From Dimorphilus gyrociliatus (lineage: Eukaryota; Animalia; Annelida): a DNA stretch of 64,000 nt. Shown here piece after piece: positions 1 to 13,166 of the stretch. Location of the stretch: the NCBI GenBank assembly GCA_904063045.1, contig CAJFCJ010000012.1, positions 248,001-312,000 of the forward strand, written 5' to 3'. The stretch's first letter is position 1. Every line of letters starts with the position of its first letter. The notes beneath the pieces were generated by a model. It saw only the letters and a program-made list of their open reading frames with translations, ran no database searches and was not told where the DNA came from. The position numbers and the translations under genes are program-made.

Positions 1-1920
1 GACGTCTAGAACCGTGCCAAGCAGATTCTATGTTAGATATGGGAACTAGACGTATTTACAGCGAAGAACACGATATATTCAGACGTCAAGTTAGAAGATT
101 TATACAAGAAAATGTTATACCCTATCATGAAGAGTAAGCTATATTTTTAATATAAAAGTTGTTAAAGTATCTCTCTTTTAACATAATTTTAAATCGTAAA
201 AGATGGGAAAAGCAGGGTCATATTAGCAGAGAAGTATGGGAAGAAGCTGGAAGACAAGGTACTCTTTCATTCTGAAAGTATAAGCTTATGCTCAATAGCT
301 AACAACTAAGCATAGCTCAGTTGGGTGTGTATAACACTTTGTTTTTGTATAGAAAACAAGAAAAATACTCGGAAACATTTGTAAAAATAAAGTTGATTTA
401 AATTATCAGATCAAGAAAAAGTTATATTTACAAGATTTTATGAACAAATTGACAAGAAAAATTAGAAATTAATATTTTTTATTTAAAAAAACAATCAGGT
501 TTTCATGGAGTAAACATTCCAAGCGAGCATGGTGGCTGGGGAGGAGATTTTTTAGCCTCTGGTATTGTTATGGAAGAAGTGTTAGTTTCCTTATTGGAAT
601 ATACTAATTAAATTACTAAAGAATTGATATTTTTCATTGCAGGGGTTTCGCCAATGTCAGCGGCTTATCTGGATTCACATTGCACAGTGACATTGTAATG
701 CCTTATTTATCACGATATGGATCAAAAGAGCAAATTGATAAATATATGCCAAGTATGGTTGCGGGTACTTGCATTGGTGCTATTGCTATGACCGAACCAA
801 CAGCTGGAAGGTATGATTCTATAATATAATCAAACACTATAAAGATGGTTAAATGTGTTTTGTTAAATCATTTTTAGTGATATTCAAGGAATTAAATCCA
901 GGGCCGTTAAAGATGGAGATGGGTGGATATTAAATGGATCAAAAGTTTTTATAACAAATGGTTACATGTGTGATTTGTGTATTGTTGTTGCTGTTACAGA
1001 TACATCGGTAAGTATTCATATTTGATAAAGTGATAAAAACTAGAAGTTTCAAATAATATAGAGCAGCATTATATCTACAAATATAGTGTGCATCTTTACT
1101 ATCGGTAACTTGATATGTATACAATAATTTGCAATTATATTCTAGGCTAAAAATGCGTCAAGCGGTATCAGCTTATTTTTGGTTGATGCCTCAATGCCAG
1201 GTTTCACAAAAGGAAAACCTTTGAAAAAGGTTGGAACTCATGCTCAAGACACAGCCGAGTTGTTTTTTGAAGATGTAAAATTACCTGCCGATTCTCTTTT
1301 GGGTAAAGAAAACCACGGATTCTATTATTTGATGAATGTATGTTCTCTTTTGCTTTTTTTTTTAAAAATAAACCTTCAGTAATAAAGTAGTTTACTTTTA
1401 ACGCATTTTTTTTGTACAGGATTTACCAAGGGAACGTCTTATGATAATAATTTATGCTCAGGCACATGCTGAATTCATGTTCGAAGAGACAAGAAAGTAT
1501 GTGAAACAAAGAAAAGCTTTCGGAAAGAACTTGAGCAATTTATCAACAATTCAACATAAATTGGCAGAAATGAAATCGGAGATTGCAGTTGGTAGAGCAT
1601 TTACCGATAACTGCATCGAGCTGTATCATCATAATCAATTAGATTCTAGTACAGCGTCGATTGGAAAATATTGGTTAGCATAGCTAATTAATGCTAAATA
1701 AATTAGTTAATTAATACAAGCAAAATTTCATTATCTCAACAGGGTTAGCGAAATGCAAAACAGAATCGCCACGCAATGCTTGCAGTTACATGGAGGATGG
1801 GGTTATATGATGGAGTACCCGATTGCCAGGGCATTTGTTGATGCTAGAGTACAAACTATCTATGGTGGAGCAAACGAAATTATGAAAGAATTGATCTCAA
1901 GAAAAATCATCAAGAATTAA
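1..1920 (+). CDS. ACADL: Long-chain acyl-CoA dehydrogenase (LCAD type), 5' end outside the window; exons <1-133, 203-258, 499-580, 643-810, 878-1007, 1146-1337, 1420-1673, 1743-1920
   Basis: Spliced translation via GT-AG introns gives RIYSEEHDIFRRQVRRF, GAIAMTEPTAGSDIQGIK, WILNGSKVFITNG, QDTAELFFEDVKLP, LPRERL, YVKQRKAFG, QLHGGWGYMMEYPIARAFVDARVQTIYGGANEIMKELI. Glu in LPRERL and Gly in IYGG are the LCAD-type catalytic arrangement (MCAD has IYEG). Confidence 0.95.
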
Positions 1921-2946
1921 AAGCAAAAGAAAGCCGAGTTTTTTACTTAACTAACAATTTAACAATTTCGTGTTTAACAAGAAAGTTATTCAGTTAGATA
2001 ATGTGTGGTATTGCACATATTTACAATAATTATTCTTTACTCATATCTTCTCTATCATATAGAAAAGTAACTCACACTGAAATTCAAATTATGAAGCAAG
2101 TACTAACTGTTCTCTTTAAGATAAATAAATGTAACTCTGATATAGTTTATTACACAACTAATTGATATAAGTTAAGTTCAAATTTTGATGCGTTTTACTG
2201 ATAAAGGTCTCTGGGTCAAATTATTGCAATGAGAATATGTATTTATAATATTATATTACTGTTAAAGCTATTGTTATTTCAATATGGCTGTACTTAGTAA
2301 TGCGACGTCCTTTGTTTAGTAGATAATTAAAATAGCTAGCTTTAGGCATAAGTATTCTACAGCCTAAATTAATTATATAGAAGTGGATCTATATCGGAGA
2401 TAAAGTATAACAGAGACCTATCTTTTCTAAGTCAGTTGAAGAAATGGCGATTGCGTTGATAAGTATGTTTGACTATAGAAACTATGACCAAAAAATTCTC
2501 ATATCAGCAAACTTTCATTAAAAATACTTTCTTTTTAAACAACTTAACTGCCATCTATGAGATTTAATTGTTAATATTTGTTGTATAGGATGACTACATA
2601 TCTTTAAATTAATAGAAGCTATAGAAAATATTTTCAATATGGCACAATTTTTAATTAATAATTAAGTTAATAATTAATTTTGTATTATTTATTTAAAGTC
2701 TAAAGTAGATACTTTGTTCATTGTTGAGATTGAAAGGAAGTTGTAAGAGGCTCGCGTTAAGACACCTTTTATTGAAAAATCGGAAATAGTCTGAAAGAAA
2801 AGGTGGAAGTCTTATAAGCGGATCATCAACAAGTTTACTAATTTATTAAAGCTTTATTGAGGACAAAAAAAACATTAAAACCAATTGGAAAATCAACAGG
2901 GATATAAATAATTACTTGCTCTATCCCTGACGGTAGTCGTAATCCT

Positions 2947-2997
2947 GTCCTAGCAACTATGTAAACAACTAGCTCCCGCCACGACGGTGAACAAACA
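2947..2997 (+). promoter_or_regulatory. RFX X-box half-site plus two forkhead sites upstream of the ciliary gene
   Basis: GTCCTAGCAAC (2947-2957), GTAAACA (2961-2967) and ACAAACA (2991-2997) lie 45-95 nt upstream of the predicted ATG at 3042. Confidence 0.5.
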
Positions 2998-3041
2998 CAA
3001 TAGAAGAACAGTTAAATGCGTTAAAATTGATTTTTTTCACA

Positions 3042-6000
3042 ATGACCGAAAGATTTTCACTGGAACATGACGGTATGTAAAAGAAATAATTTTGAATATA
3101 TTCATGACCTATCCATAACTTTCCACCTGCTTCGCTTAATGTTTTTCTTCCACCTAGTTAACATCCTTAACAATTAACTTATGATGTAACCAAATGTTTC
3201 AGTTCTTTTTTCAGTATACAGTCCTGATTGAATGCATTTATTTTCTTCTATAAAGTTCTTGTCTTAATATTCAGAGTAAAACAATAAAAGAGAGAGATAT
3301 TTATAAAAGTACTAAAGAAAAATATCTTGGTTAATACAAAAAATTTATTACAAAATGATATTGATTTCTACTGTCATAGAGTCATTGATAACTTATTTAA
3401 TACATTGACCCTGTCTCTTTACACTCCTTCAAATCCGATATTAAATACTTCGTCCTTTCAAAGCTGAATTGTAGATTACTATTCAATGAACTGATTTACA
3501 TTCTGCAGTCTCTTTCTAAACATATGATAACTTCATTAACTAGACAACTACGGATAATAGTCTTCCTAATTGGTTAAGAAAGATAAGGGCTGATCGAGAT
3601 AGAAATTTGGAAGGAATTTTAGGTTGGTGGAGGGTTTTATCTCATTTTTAATAATAATTCGTTAATCTAACAAAAAGAGCACGTATTTATTTGCTTACTT
3701 ACTTTTGATGCTGTTAATAGAAGTGAATCAAGAGTAACATTACTTAAACGTCTAGTTATTGCACAGCATGAATTTCTAATGAATGTATTAATCTGTTTTT
3801 ATTATATCTATATAGAGAATATATTAGATATATACAGCATATTCATAAATATATATAGATATATATATATATAGTAATACAATACAATGTTTATGTTTAG
3901 ATTTGAATTAAGCTACAATAGGACAATCTATAAAAGATAATGATTATTTTAAAGAAAATATTGAGAAATGCTTGAAATTTCATATATATGTATATAACAT
4001 CTTTTTTTGTAATTCTTTTCAATCGGAAAATAGTGACTCCAAGAGATTATCAATCTTTCCAATATCAAAATCCTTATCAGTCAAGATTGGAACCTGATCA
4101 TAGGATTAAAGGATTCTCAAAAAATAATTTTGAAAGACCAAGAGAATTTGAAAAAGGATCAGATATATTACCCGACTTTCCGAAACAACAACACTTCAAC
4201 CCGTGTAAGAATCATTTCCTTTCTCTTGTAAATAAGTATTCTTCGATGAATATTTCAAATTATTATTGATTTTATAATCGACGTTGCAATCATTTATTGA
4301 TCTTATCTCATATTTATTCTATTACTCGATTAGATAGTTTCTTAGCAAAAATTAATTAAAAAACTAACATTATTGCAGCAAGATCAACCATGAATGGTAC
4401 TAGTGGCGTACTTTATGGATCTGAAAACTTCCCTTCGACAGAACAAAGGGCTAGAAATATCAGAGACCCTTTTAACGATCGCACGTGAGTACTTGAAGCT
4501 TTTTTCTTTACTTATATATTCCTTAGCACATTATTATAGGCTTAAAATTTGCTGTAGCAGGTGTGCTCATACTAGGGTTTTTTTTATGAAACGACGGCAG
4601 TTTGTGTTGTAAACCAGATCAGAAATACTTCTATTTCCTGAAAGTTTAAATATCTATATATTCAGATCTGCTGAAATAAGGAAATTTAAAGAGCAACAGA
4701 TGGAAGCCGAGAGAGATATATTATCATTTAGAGAAGAGAGAAAGCGACAAATTTTGGAAAAAGAAAACGAAAAGAAAAAGGTGGGGTAAAAGTTGAATTT
4801 TTAAAGAACAACATATTGATAATTACGTTGTATTTGTTTAGGACTTGGAAATGTTGAAATCGTATGATCCGTGGGGAAGACCTGGACATGGCGCTCCGAA
4901 AGAATCACCAAGAAAACAAAAATTTACCGAAGAACAATTAGGGCAACATTCTTGTGGTGAACAAAGACCAGCAGACGAAGTCGGTGTTAACGACGTAAGT
5001 AGTTGTACTAGTTGTAAGTAAGGACTAACTTGAATGGGCTTCTACATTTAAATTCTATCGATTCCAAAGGAATCTATATATAGTAAGGCTTATAGTTGTC
5101 CTTGAGTTATGAAGCCCTTATTTCTTTGAAGTCAAAGGGATTTTTGTATAAATTTTCCTTTATAAGGAAGATGATAAAGGTAAAATAAGGTAATTTAGCA
5201 GAAGGAAAGATCTAATAGCAAAGAGCTAACAATGTTAAGACCCCCGTTTCCTTTAGTATTTTAACTATTAATCATTTTTAATGTATCATGTCCTCGTTAT
5301 TAACCATTTTTAATAAAGAGAGCAATTTTCCTAATTTATTCATTCTTCCTTAAGGATTTCTTTAGCAACTTTGGTAAACCTGGTGCTGGAGCTCCTATTT
5401 TAAATTCGAGAGGTGAAAGAATGACAGAACTCCCAGCCGATCCTTCTATTCGCTTCCAAGACTCGAAGGAGGGTAAGAGAATAAACGAAATTGAGGTTAG
5501 ATATCGGGAACCAGTTGAAAGAAAGATGAATATGAGAAAAGAACTCGGTTAGTATTCTAAATTCATTATTTAATAGAAACAAATCATATCATTAATAATA
5601 AAATTTTTGACAGATCAGCAACTGTCAGAAAAGATAATGACTGACTACGAGAGAAAGCACCAAGAGCGCCAAAAAGATATGGAACATGTAAGCTATCTTT
5701 ATTGATAATAACAGAGATATATTTCATGGAATATTACAGACTAATCATAACCCTTTTGGACGACCAGGTGCTGGAGCACCAAATATTTCTCCCAGAGGTA
5801 AACGTTGTTTATTACCCATTTCCTCTGAGTTAAACATAAATTTATTAAAGAATAACATATTCTAATATTACTAAAATATGGATTTAGCACTAGCCTCTTT
5901 TAGATAAGTCATTTAACCCAAAAAATTGATCTTTACTCTCAGGTAACCCTGTTCTCGGCAGGACAAAAGTACTCTCAAGGGAAAATCAGAGTTCATTAGG

Positions 6001-9000
6001 AGGTAGTTGAACACGCTGATGATTTTTTTAACCACTTTAACAGCTATAAAATTAATTCAAAATTTTTCAAATTTTTACTAATCATTCTGAAGTATATGAG
6101 AGGATTGATAAGAACAATACTATTTACAATATCGCTTTTTGTGGCTTTATCATGGGAATTTAAAATATTATTTCGTCATTCGATATACCTGTAAAATATA
6201 TAATTTGAATTAGCTTTTAAGGTCTTTCTTATTTTGTTCTCATACAACAAATTTAATGAAATTGATTGCTTAATTTAAGTGAAAATCTTTAATTTTTACA
6301 GTTCGAAAACATATTCAAACATATTCAAACAAGACCAAACAGTTTATTTACCATTTTATTTAATGGAATATGGATTAACAAAGCAAAATTTAGAATAATT
6401 AATAATAAGAGTTTCGTACTGAATATCAATACTATTATAATATTTCCTTTAAAATAGACTACAGTATGCAAAATATGTAATTTACATAAAAAAGAATAAA
6501 ATATAATATAATCAACCTAATTAAGTTAGTTAAAAATTAATTTCTTTTTTCTTGAACACAAAGATTGAACACAAAAATTTATTTTTTTTCGTCTATTTCT
6601 ATATTTTAGCTGTTTTTATTTTCTTATTTTGTACTGTATTCGTTTTTATATATATAAAAAGAGATCTAATTGATAATAAAAACAATCTATATAATCTCTT
6701 TTAACAGCGAAAGAGAAAGAAAACTAAATTAGCTATAAACTTTATTATGGATTAATATCATAAATTTTACTTTTTCCCTTCTTTTTTTGCAGATTCTTTA
6801 ACTCCTGGAAAATTAATTTTAGATGTAAGTTTGTCAAACAATTCTTCCTTTTATAAAGAAAACCTCACATTTCTTATATTTTTATTATTATTTCTTTTTT
6901 TTTTTTCAAAATAAAAAATGATAAACTCTATATAGGATGATATTTCACGATATGATCCATGGGGTAAGGGAGCGGGAAATCCTGTTTACGATGAGCACGG
7001 CGACGCTAAGAGAACTCATAGGAGCGATAAAGATTTGGGAATGTTTACTAGCACTAATGGCAATAATTACTCTGAAGTAGTTAATTTTTGCACATATTTT
7101 TTCTTTTAAATTATGAAAGTTATTGTAAAAACTAATTGATTTTTAATACTTTATTTTACGTCATTTCTAGACCAAGACTTTAGAATTAACAAAGAGAGGC
7201 GGTGGTGGAGAACCTTTAAGAACTAACAGCGGTAAAATTACTGCAAGAATTCCACAAACTATGCACAAGTCCGAATTCGGAGGTACGTATTATATTTCTA
7301 TAATTTAATACAAATTAATTAATTCCGTATTTATCTCCGTAAAAAGACCCTTCTATTAAAGAGCAAAACCCTTTGTGGGAGAGCAATTCTCCGTCAAGAT
7401 CTTCCCGTTTTGATAAGTTTGATGAACCAGAACCAATCTATAATCCATGGGGAAAAGGTAAGCCTCCTTAGGGGAACGAAGCTAAACATATTATTAATCG
7501 AATGATTGATAAATCTACAGACAATAATACTAAAAATTCAGATTTATTTAGTACAAATGTACAATGTTACTATTCTGGTAATAATTATTTTCGACGCATT
7601 CTACTTCTTTTCATAAAAGATAGCTTTTTTCCTTTGAATTTCATTTTAGCTCAATAATAGTTAGCTTTCTATGAAAGGCCAGAAAATATAATGAATAGGC
7701 TTTCTTTTGTTTCAATTCATTGAATCCAAGCTGCATTAAAGCTTGAAGCAATACTGAAATTAGCATACTCTTGGCAGCAATGTATACTGTATAGCTTATT
7801 TTATGGAAGAATTGTTTCTCGGAGGATCGTTCTACGGATTATTAATTATTATACGAGTTATTTAAGTAGATGGATTATTTCTTTGATAAGTTGAATAGCT
7901 ACATTTTACAAATGTACCTAGATGTAAAAAAAACCATTCATCTTTTTAAGCCTCTTCCTGTTAAATGCTTTCTATAAAATGATTTAGCCTGTAAAACTTA
8001 AGAAACTGTCTGCTGGAAAATAAATTATGCCCATATATCTATATTGATATATAGAGATATCAATTTGTATTTCCTTTTCATAGGTGGAGCTGGTGCACCA
8101 ATTAGAGATGAAAAGGGCAACGTCGTCACTCACGTATATGGAAAAATTAAGAAGGAAGTATGTAAAAGTATCAAATTAAGCCCTAATAAAAAGTATTTTC
8201 ATTAATTTTTGTTTGATCTATTAAAGAAACCCTCTGGACATCCAGCAGAGTTACCTTCCCTAACGGGGACATCAGCTGATATGAGATCGAAGCAGCAAGC
8301 ACAATCCCAGTATTTAGATGATTTGCGTACGTTTTTTTTTCTTACATAGTTGAACGTTTATGAACTTGAGTTATCATGTTCAAGCTAATCAACACTATCC
8401 ATTTACTAATCAGAAGATATGCTAATGCTACCAATTATTTTAATTTATTCTTTAACTGTTTGATCATATAGGTAGAGAAATAGATGAACAAAAGAAGTTT
8501 AAACAAAGACAGTTTTCGGCTGTCGGCGAAGAAAATGTAAATTGATAGTTTTGATATTTTCATAGATTTTAAAAATGGTTCTTTATTATTTTTATAGGGA
8601 GATTTAGCATCAGTTATACGAAGAGGTCAAGTTGGTAATCCAAGAAGAGATCCGAATACAGGAGTTTTGCTGGAGCAGCATCTTGGAGCATCGGATGTCA
8701 CCAAGGAAGTAATAGTTCAAAGAACCATATAAGAAATATTTATATGTTAAATCTTATCATTTAAAATCGCACAGAAAACTAACGAGAGAAGATATATGAA
8801 TGATTCAAGTCCTAAGTATCATATTGAGTTAGAATACTTGGCTGAAGAGAGAAAAAAAAATCGCGAAAGAGAAAAACTAACCGAAAGACAGGAAACCCAA
8901 GAGCATCAGAGAGCATTTAATGAAATTTGGGGACGACCAGGCGGTGGAGCACCAAACACTTCCCAAAAATTGTCAAATCTAGATAATTCTCTTCACCATC

Positions 9001-9340
9001 CAAGAAGAGAGGTAAACACAGCATTAGTTCTTTATTAAGTAGTTCTTTCTTAGGCTTCATTTTGAGTGATTTTTTCTCTTATCAATAATTTAGTATCGAT
9101 TATTTAAATGCATTAATTTATTTTACAACAAGCTCTTTAAACTGTTTGTCTGTTTGTTTCTTCTGCATGTTTCTTCACAAACAGCACGAGAACTATCAAA
9201 AAAGAATGGATCTTTTGGGATCTAAAGATCTGTCTTCTTTGAACTATGTCCGTAGCACAGTTCCTAGCACGCATACAAATCAATACGATTTTCCTTCTGA
9301 ACAAAGAAGGCGACCAAAGGTTAAATTTTCACGCTTTTAG
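3042..9340 (+). CDS. CSPP1-like (centrosome/cilium) coiled-coil protein with repeated [W/F]G[R/K]xGxGAP motifs; about 19 exons, about 700 aa
   Basis: Exons join in consistent phase through GT-AG introns and encode YDPWGRPGHGAP, FGKPGAGAP, PFGRPGAGAP, YDPWGKGAGNP and YNPWGKGGAGAPIRDEKGN (recalled CSPP1 motif YNPWGKGGGGAPLRDAKGN), separated by charged helices. Stop TAG at 9338-9340. The first exon (3042-3072, MTERFSLEHD, donor G|GTATGT) is the least certain. Confidence 0.7.
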
Positions 9341-9658
9341 ACTTTAATCAACTAAAGCTTATTAATACCTTCCGTTTTGAAATCAATTTTTAGATGGATT
9401 ACAAGCTCATCTCTCCTTACGCTACAAATTAGTAGAACAGTTAGAAAACGGAAAGAAAGAGAAGAAGATATTATATATAAAGCAATTTTGATAGTATATT
9501 GCATGTTTGTATGTCCAAAGTGTCTTAAAATGTCCAACAGTTCCTTATAAAAGTCTTTATAAATGTATTTAAGTTTACATTATATTTATCCGCGCATTTA
9601 AGTAATTTCTTAATTAAGTAAAAATCAAATTAAAGGTTGTAAGACGTAGAAAATTCTT

Positions 9659-11013
9659 TTAAGATGGCATTAAAAGAATAAAATTGCAAACAAACATAAT
9701 CCCATAAAATAAAAAAAGGGATTTATCGAGTAAATTGCAAGTGCTTTTCCAGACATTTTGATATGTAAGGTCTTTCGAATTTTCGTTAGGTTCACTATTA
9801 GATCGATTCGTCAAAATGGTAAACTTTGACAGCTAGATAAAAGAAATCAGTTCATTATAATTTAATTATAAATAATTGAGCTTAACTTTAACAAACATTA
9901 CCCTTATCAAGAAATTCGGAGGCTTTCTTCGAAACTCACTCAGTTGTACAATTAATATTGATAAGCATGTCACACTGACTATGATAGCAAGGTTAACGCA
10001 GCAGTATATACTTAATTTAATACGAGGATCCGGAGGAACAATTTGCACAATAACCAGAAATATTAAAGCTGTTGCTGAGAAAAGTGCCATTCCCGTTGTC
10101 ATTCGATCAGGTCTAGAAGATGGTAGAAAGAAAACGAATGGTGTAGCAAACGATAAGAGGCTAATGGGCACGATTATAAACTGTAATTTTGGAAAAGAAA
10201 TTGGAAAAGAAATTACTTTTATTTCATTCTCACTTACCTGAACATAAAAATCGCCTTTTCTCTCAAAATGTATTTCAAATGTTATATTTTCATAATAACC
10301 AGATGTATAGAGCAGTCCACCAGAGAAGTGTCTTACGCTTAATATGTTAAATTCTGAATTATTTCTATAATATCTAAGATGAAACGATGTTGGTTCGCTG
10401 GTGGAAAGCTCAAATTTGTCGATGCTATTTGTCCATGAGCCAAAACTTAGCATACATGTCTGCTTGTCGTACGGGAAATTAGTCATGTCAACTGCACAGG
10501 TTGTTTTAAAAACCTCAGGTACTATCCATGAGCAACTACCATCGGCTTGTACGAATACTTTTTCTTTACGGTCAGTATGAGCAACAAATTTTTCAACGCT
10601 AAGCAAATATTTAAATAAGTATTCTATTAGTATTATCTTTATAGCACAAGTTACTTTTGATGTAGAATAACATTTGGTGTCCAAAGTAAATGGGGATCGA
10701 TGTCAATTCGTGTAATATTTCCGTAATCTTGCGGATTCCAATTGATAAAAAAATTTTTCCATTGAAGTCTTTTCCATAAAACAGACTTTAAGAATTGAGA
10801 TTTCTCATTTAAGGAAATCATTTGTATATAATCAATTTCCATGTTAACTCGAATTCTATCATTAAAATTTTCAACTGGTCTAACACTCTTGCTATAGTTA
10901 GTTAGCAAAACATTAAGGTATTGCCTTAATTTGAACTCCTGATTGATACAAACAACGTGGACAGAAATTGAAATTGTGCAGAGATAAATTTGAAGAATAT
11001 GTAACGATGTCAT
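9659..11013 (-). CDS. Nicotinic acetylcholine receptor-like pentameric ligand-gated ion channel subunit, non-alpha, about 390 aa; exons 11013-10655, 10598-10238, 10180-9902, 9832-9659
   Basis: Signal peptide, LWTPNVIL, Cys-loop CAVDMTNFPYDKQTC (13 residues between the Cys), FGSW, four TM segments (M4 in last exon WKSTCNLLDKSLFLFYGIMF). No vicinal Cys in loop C. Exon lengths sum to 1173 nt, in frame. Confidence 0.9.
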
Positions 11014-11754
11014 ATTGTTAAATGCTGGGTCAGTAAGTTAACGTCAAACAGCATATGTTACCCTATTTGTTATTATTACAAATATATCATTTAGAATAGA
11101 TGTCAGTGGTCGCTATTTAGTTCATCATTCGTTTTTGTGATAGCTGATATCATTGTATATACATCTGTATAAAAATATAGTATTTGATGTAAGTAATATA
11201 CTGTATATAAACGATAGATCAGCGTTTATTCATCTGCTAACAAGATCGATATTTAAGAATTGATTCAAAAATGTATATTGCTAAGTGAATAAAGTTTACC
11301 TGTATATGTAAACACTTTGGCAGTTTGTTTTTACATAAATAGGTTTATCTAAATATGAAATATCAAAGAAAAATGCTAAGTAAGCATATAATTATAAATA
11401 GATGAAAGAAACCAAAATGCATTCCGTACTTTTGCACATACAGCATATAAATATTTAAAAGGGGGACAAGTGATGCTATTATGAAATACGTATTTAAACA
11501 CCTTTAACATACTGCATCTATATCTATCTGTATATGTGCAAACATATTACGATGTTCAGCTAGTGTTTGTACACTTTTGGAAAAAAAATATATGCGTCAA
11601 CTTTGAAAAGAACATTTATTGATTTTCCTCTTAAAAGAAATGTCTAAATAAGACTACTTTACCATATCATAACAAAAAAAAATGAATAAAACGTTCACAT
11701 ACGAACATATGGCTACTTTATTAACTTTACATATACGACGCTAACATCTGCATC

Positions 11755-12843
11755 ATGGCACTGAGAACAGCAAGGATAACTCTGATATTTATAATTCTGA
11801 TTTGGTCAGTTGTATGGTTTTTATCAATAAGTAGCATTCGTTTAAATTCTCTTGTTTTTAAAAATTCATATTTCTACTCTAAAAATTTTACTGAACCAGA
11901 AAATTTTGATTATATGCCAAATATAGTTAATTCATTCAATTTTGTTTATCCTATAAACAATGAGACTATATGTAGAAACAGGAATATTTTTTACATTATT
12001 ACTATTCATTCATCAATAGAAAATTTAAGGAGGAGAGATGCTCAAAGGAACACTTGGGCTCAAAATAACTTTTTTCGAAATTATCCATCTTTATTACTAT
12101 TTTTCGTTGGTGTAGGAAATGTACCAGCACGTCAAAAGGCAATTGAAGTAGAATCACGAAAATATGGAGATATTATTCAAATAGGCTTTATAGACAATTA
12201 TAAGAATTTAACATATAAAGCAACAGGCATTCATAAATGGATAGCAACTTATTGCAGTTCAGCCAAATATGTTGTTAAATCGGACGATGATATGTTCATT
12301 AACCCTTTCTATATGCTACAGCTAATGAAATTGCATATGAACAAAAAACGTACAATCATATGTTATTTGTATAGTAGAAGTCCAATTATTCGAATGGGAG
12401 ATGAAACTTGTAAGGAGAACTTAAGAAAGTGGTGCATTCCTAAACATTTTCTACCGGAAATGAATATTTATCCAACCTATTGTTCAGGATCAGCCTTTAT
12501 ATACACCGCAGATCTATCACTAGATATTTACAGTACAACCAAGCATGTAAACTACTTTTACATAGATGATGTCTACATGACTGGTTTGATTTTAAAGTTT
12601 ATACGTAATATTACAAAAATTGATCTTGCCGAAGCCGATAGATATTTAGCCGATATTGTTGCCTTTAGTTCTGCTTTGAGGAAAAGAGAAGGCAACCTAT
12701 TTGCTACTCATGCTTTCTATTTATTAAATCAAGAGCTTAATATAGCGTGGTACTCCCTTCTGAAATCAATGGTTGGACAGGAGTTCGATGAAGTATCGGA
12801 AAGCATTAAAACTCTTGCATTAAATTTATTTAATATATCGTAG
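11755..12843 (+). CDS. Beta-1,3-galactosyltransferase-like glycosyltransferase (GT31 family), intronless CDS
   Basis: N-terminal type II TM anchor; motifs RRRDAQRNTW, FIDNYKNLTYK, VVKSDDDMFIN (DxD), YPTYCSGSAFIY, IDDVYMTG. Confidence 0.9.
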   Translation: MALRTARITLIFIILIWSVVWFLSISSIRLNSLVFKNSYFYSKNFTEPENFDYMPNIVNSFNFVYPINNETICRNRNIFYIITIHSSIENLRRRDAQRNTWAQNNFFRNYPSLLLFFVGVGNVPARQKAIEVESRKYGDIIQIGFIDNYKNLTYKATGIHKWIATYCSSAKYVVKSDDDMFINPFYMLQLMKLHMNKKRTIICYLYSRSPIIRMGDETCKENLRKWCIPKHFLPEMNIYPTYCSGSAFIYTADLSLDIYSTTKHVNYFYIDDVYMTGLILKFIRNITKIDLAEADRYLADIVAFSSALRKREGNLFATHAFYLLNQELNIAWYSLLKSMVGQEFDEVSESIKTLALNLFNIS

Positions 12844-13166
12844 CGTTATATAATAAAAGACAATTTTGTTTTTATTCTAATAATATTTTTGTCAAATTAT
12901 TGTGAAAATTGACACAAGTTGTTACATAAAAATATAAATAAAGACAACTCTGAACGCCATCTGTATGTTCAAACAGGAAACACAACAATTTTATAAATTC
13001 TTATCTGATTTATTTGTGTTTGATAAATATAGGATTAAACTTTTCATCAAATAGGCTTTCAGGGATGAAGGATTTCGATAATTGTTCGAAACTTTACGTA
13101 TAAAATAGTAAACGGGTGCGTGTTTACACGGGAAATATCGTCATAGTTACAACTCACCTGAGCAAA

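Noticed and set aside
313-324. tRNA A-box-like TAGCTCAGTTGG in the longest ACADL intron
   Set aside because: No B-box (GTTCGA) or cloverleaf follows, so a tRNA or SINE cannot be supported.
2700-3560. Short minus-strand reading frames between ACADL and the CSPP1-like gene
   Set aside because: Joining them needs implausibly short (25-37 nt) introns and no protein family emerges.
9876-10241. 121-aa plus-strand ORF
   Set aside because: Antisense shadow of the Cys-loop receptor exons, with no motifs of its own.
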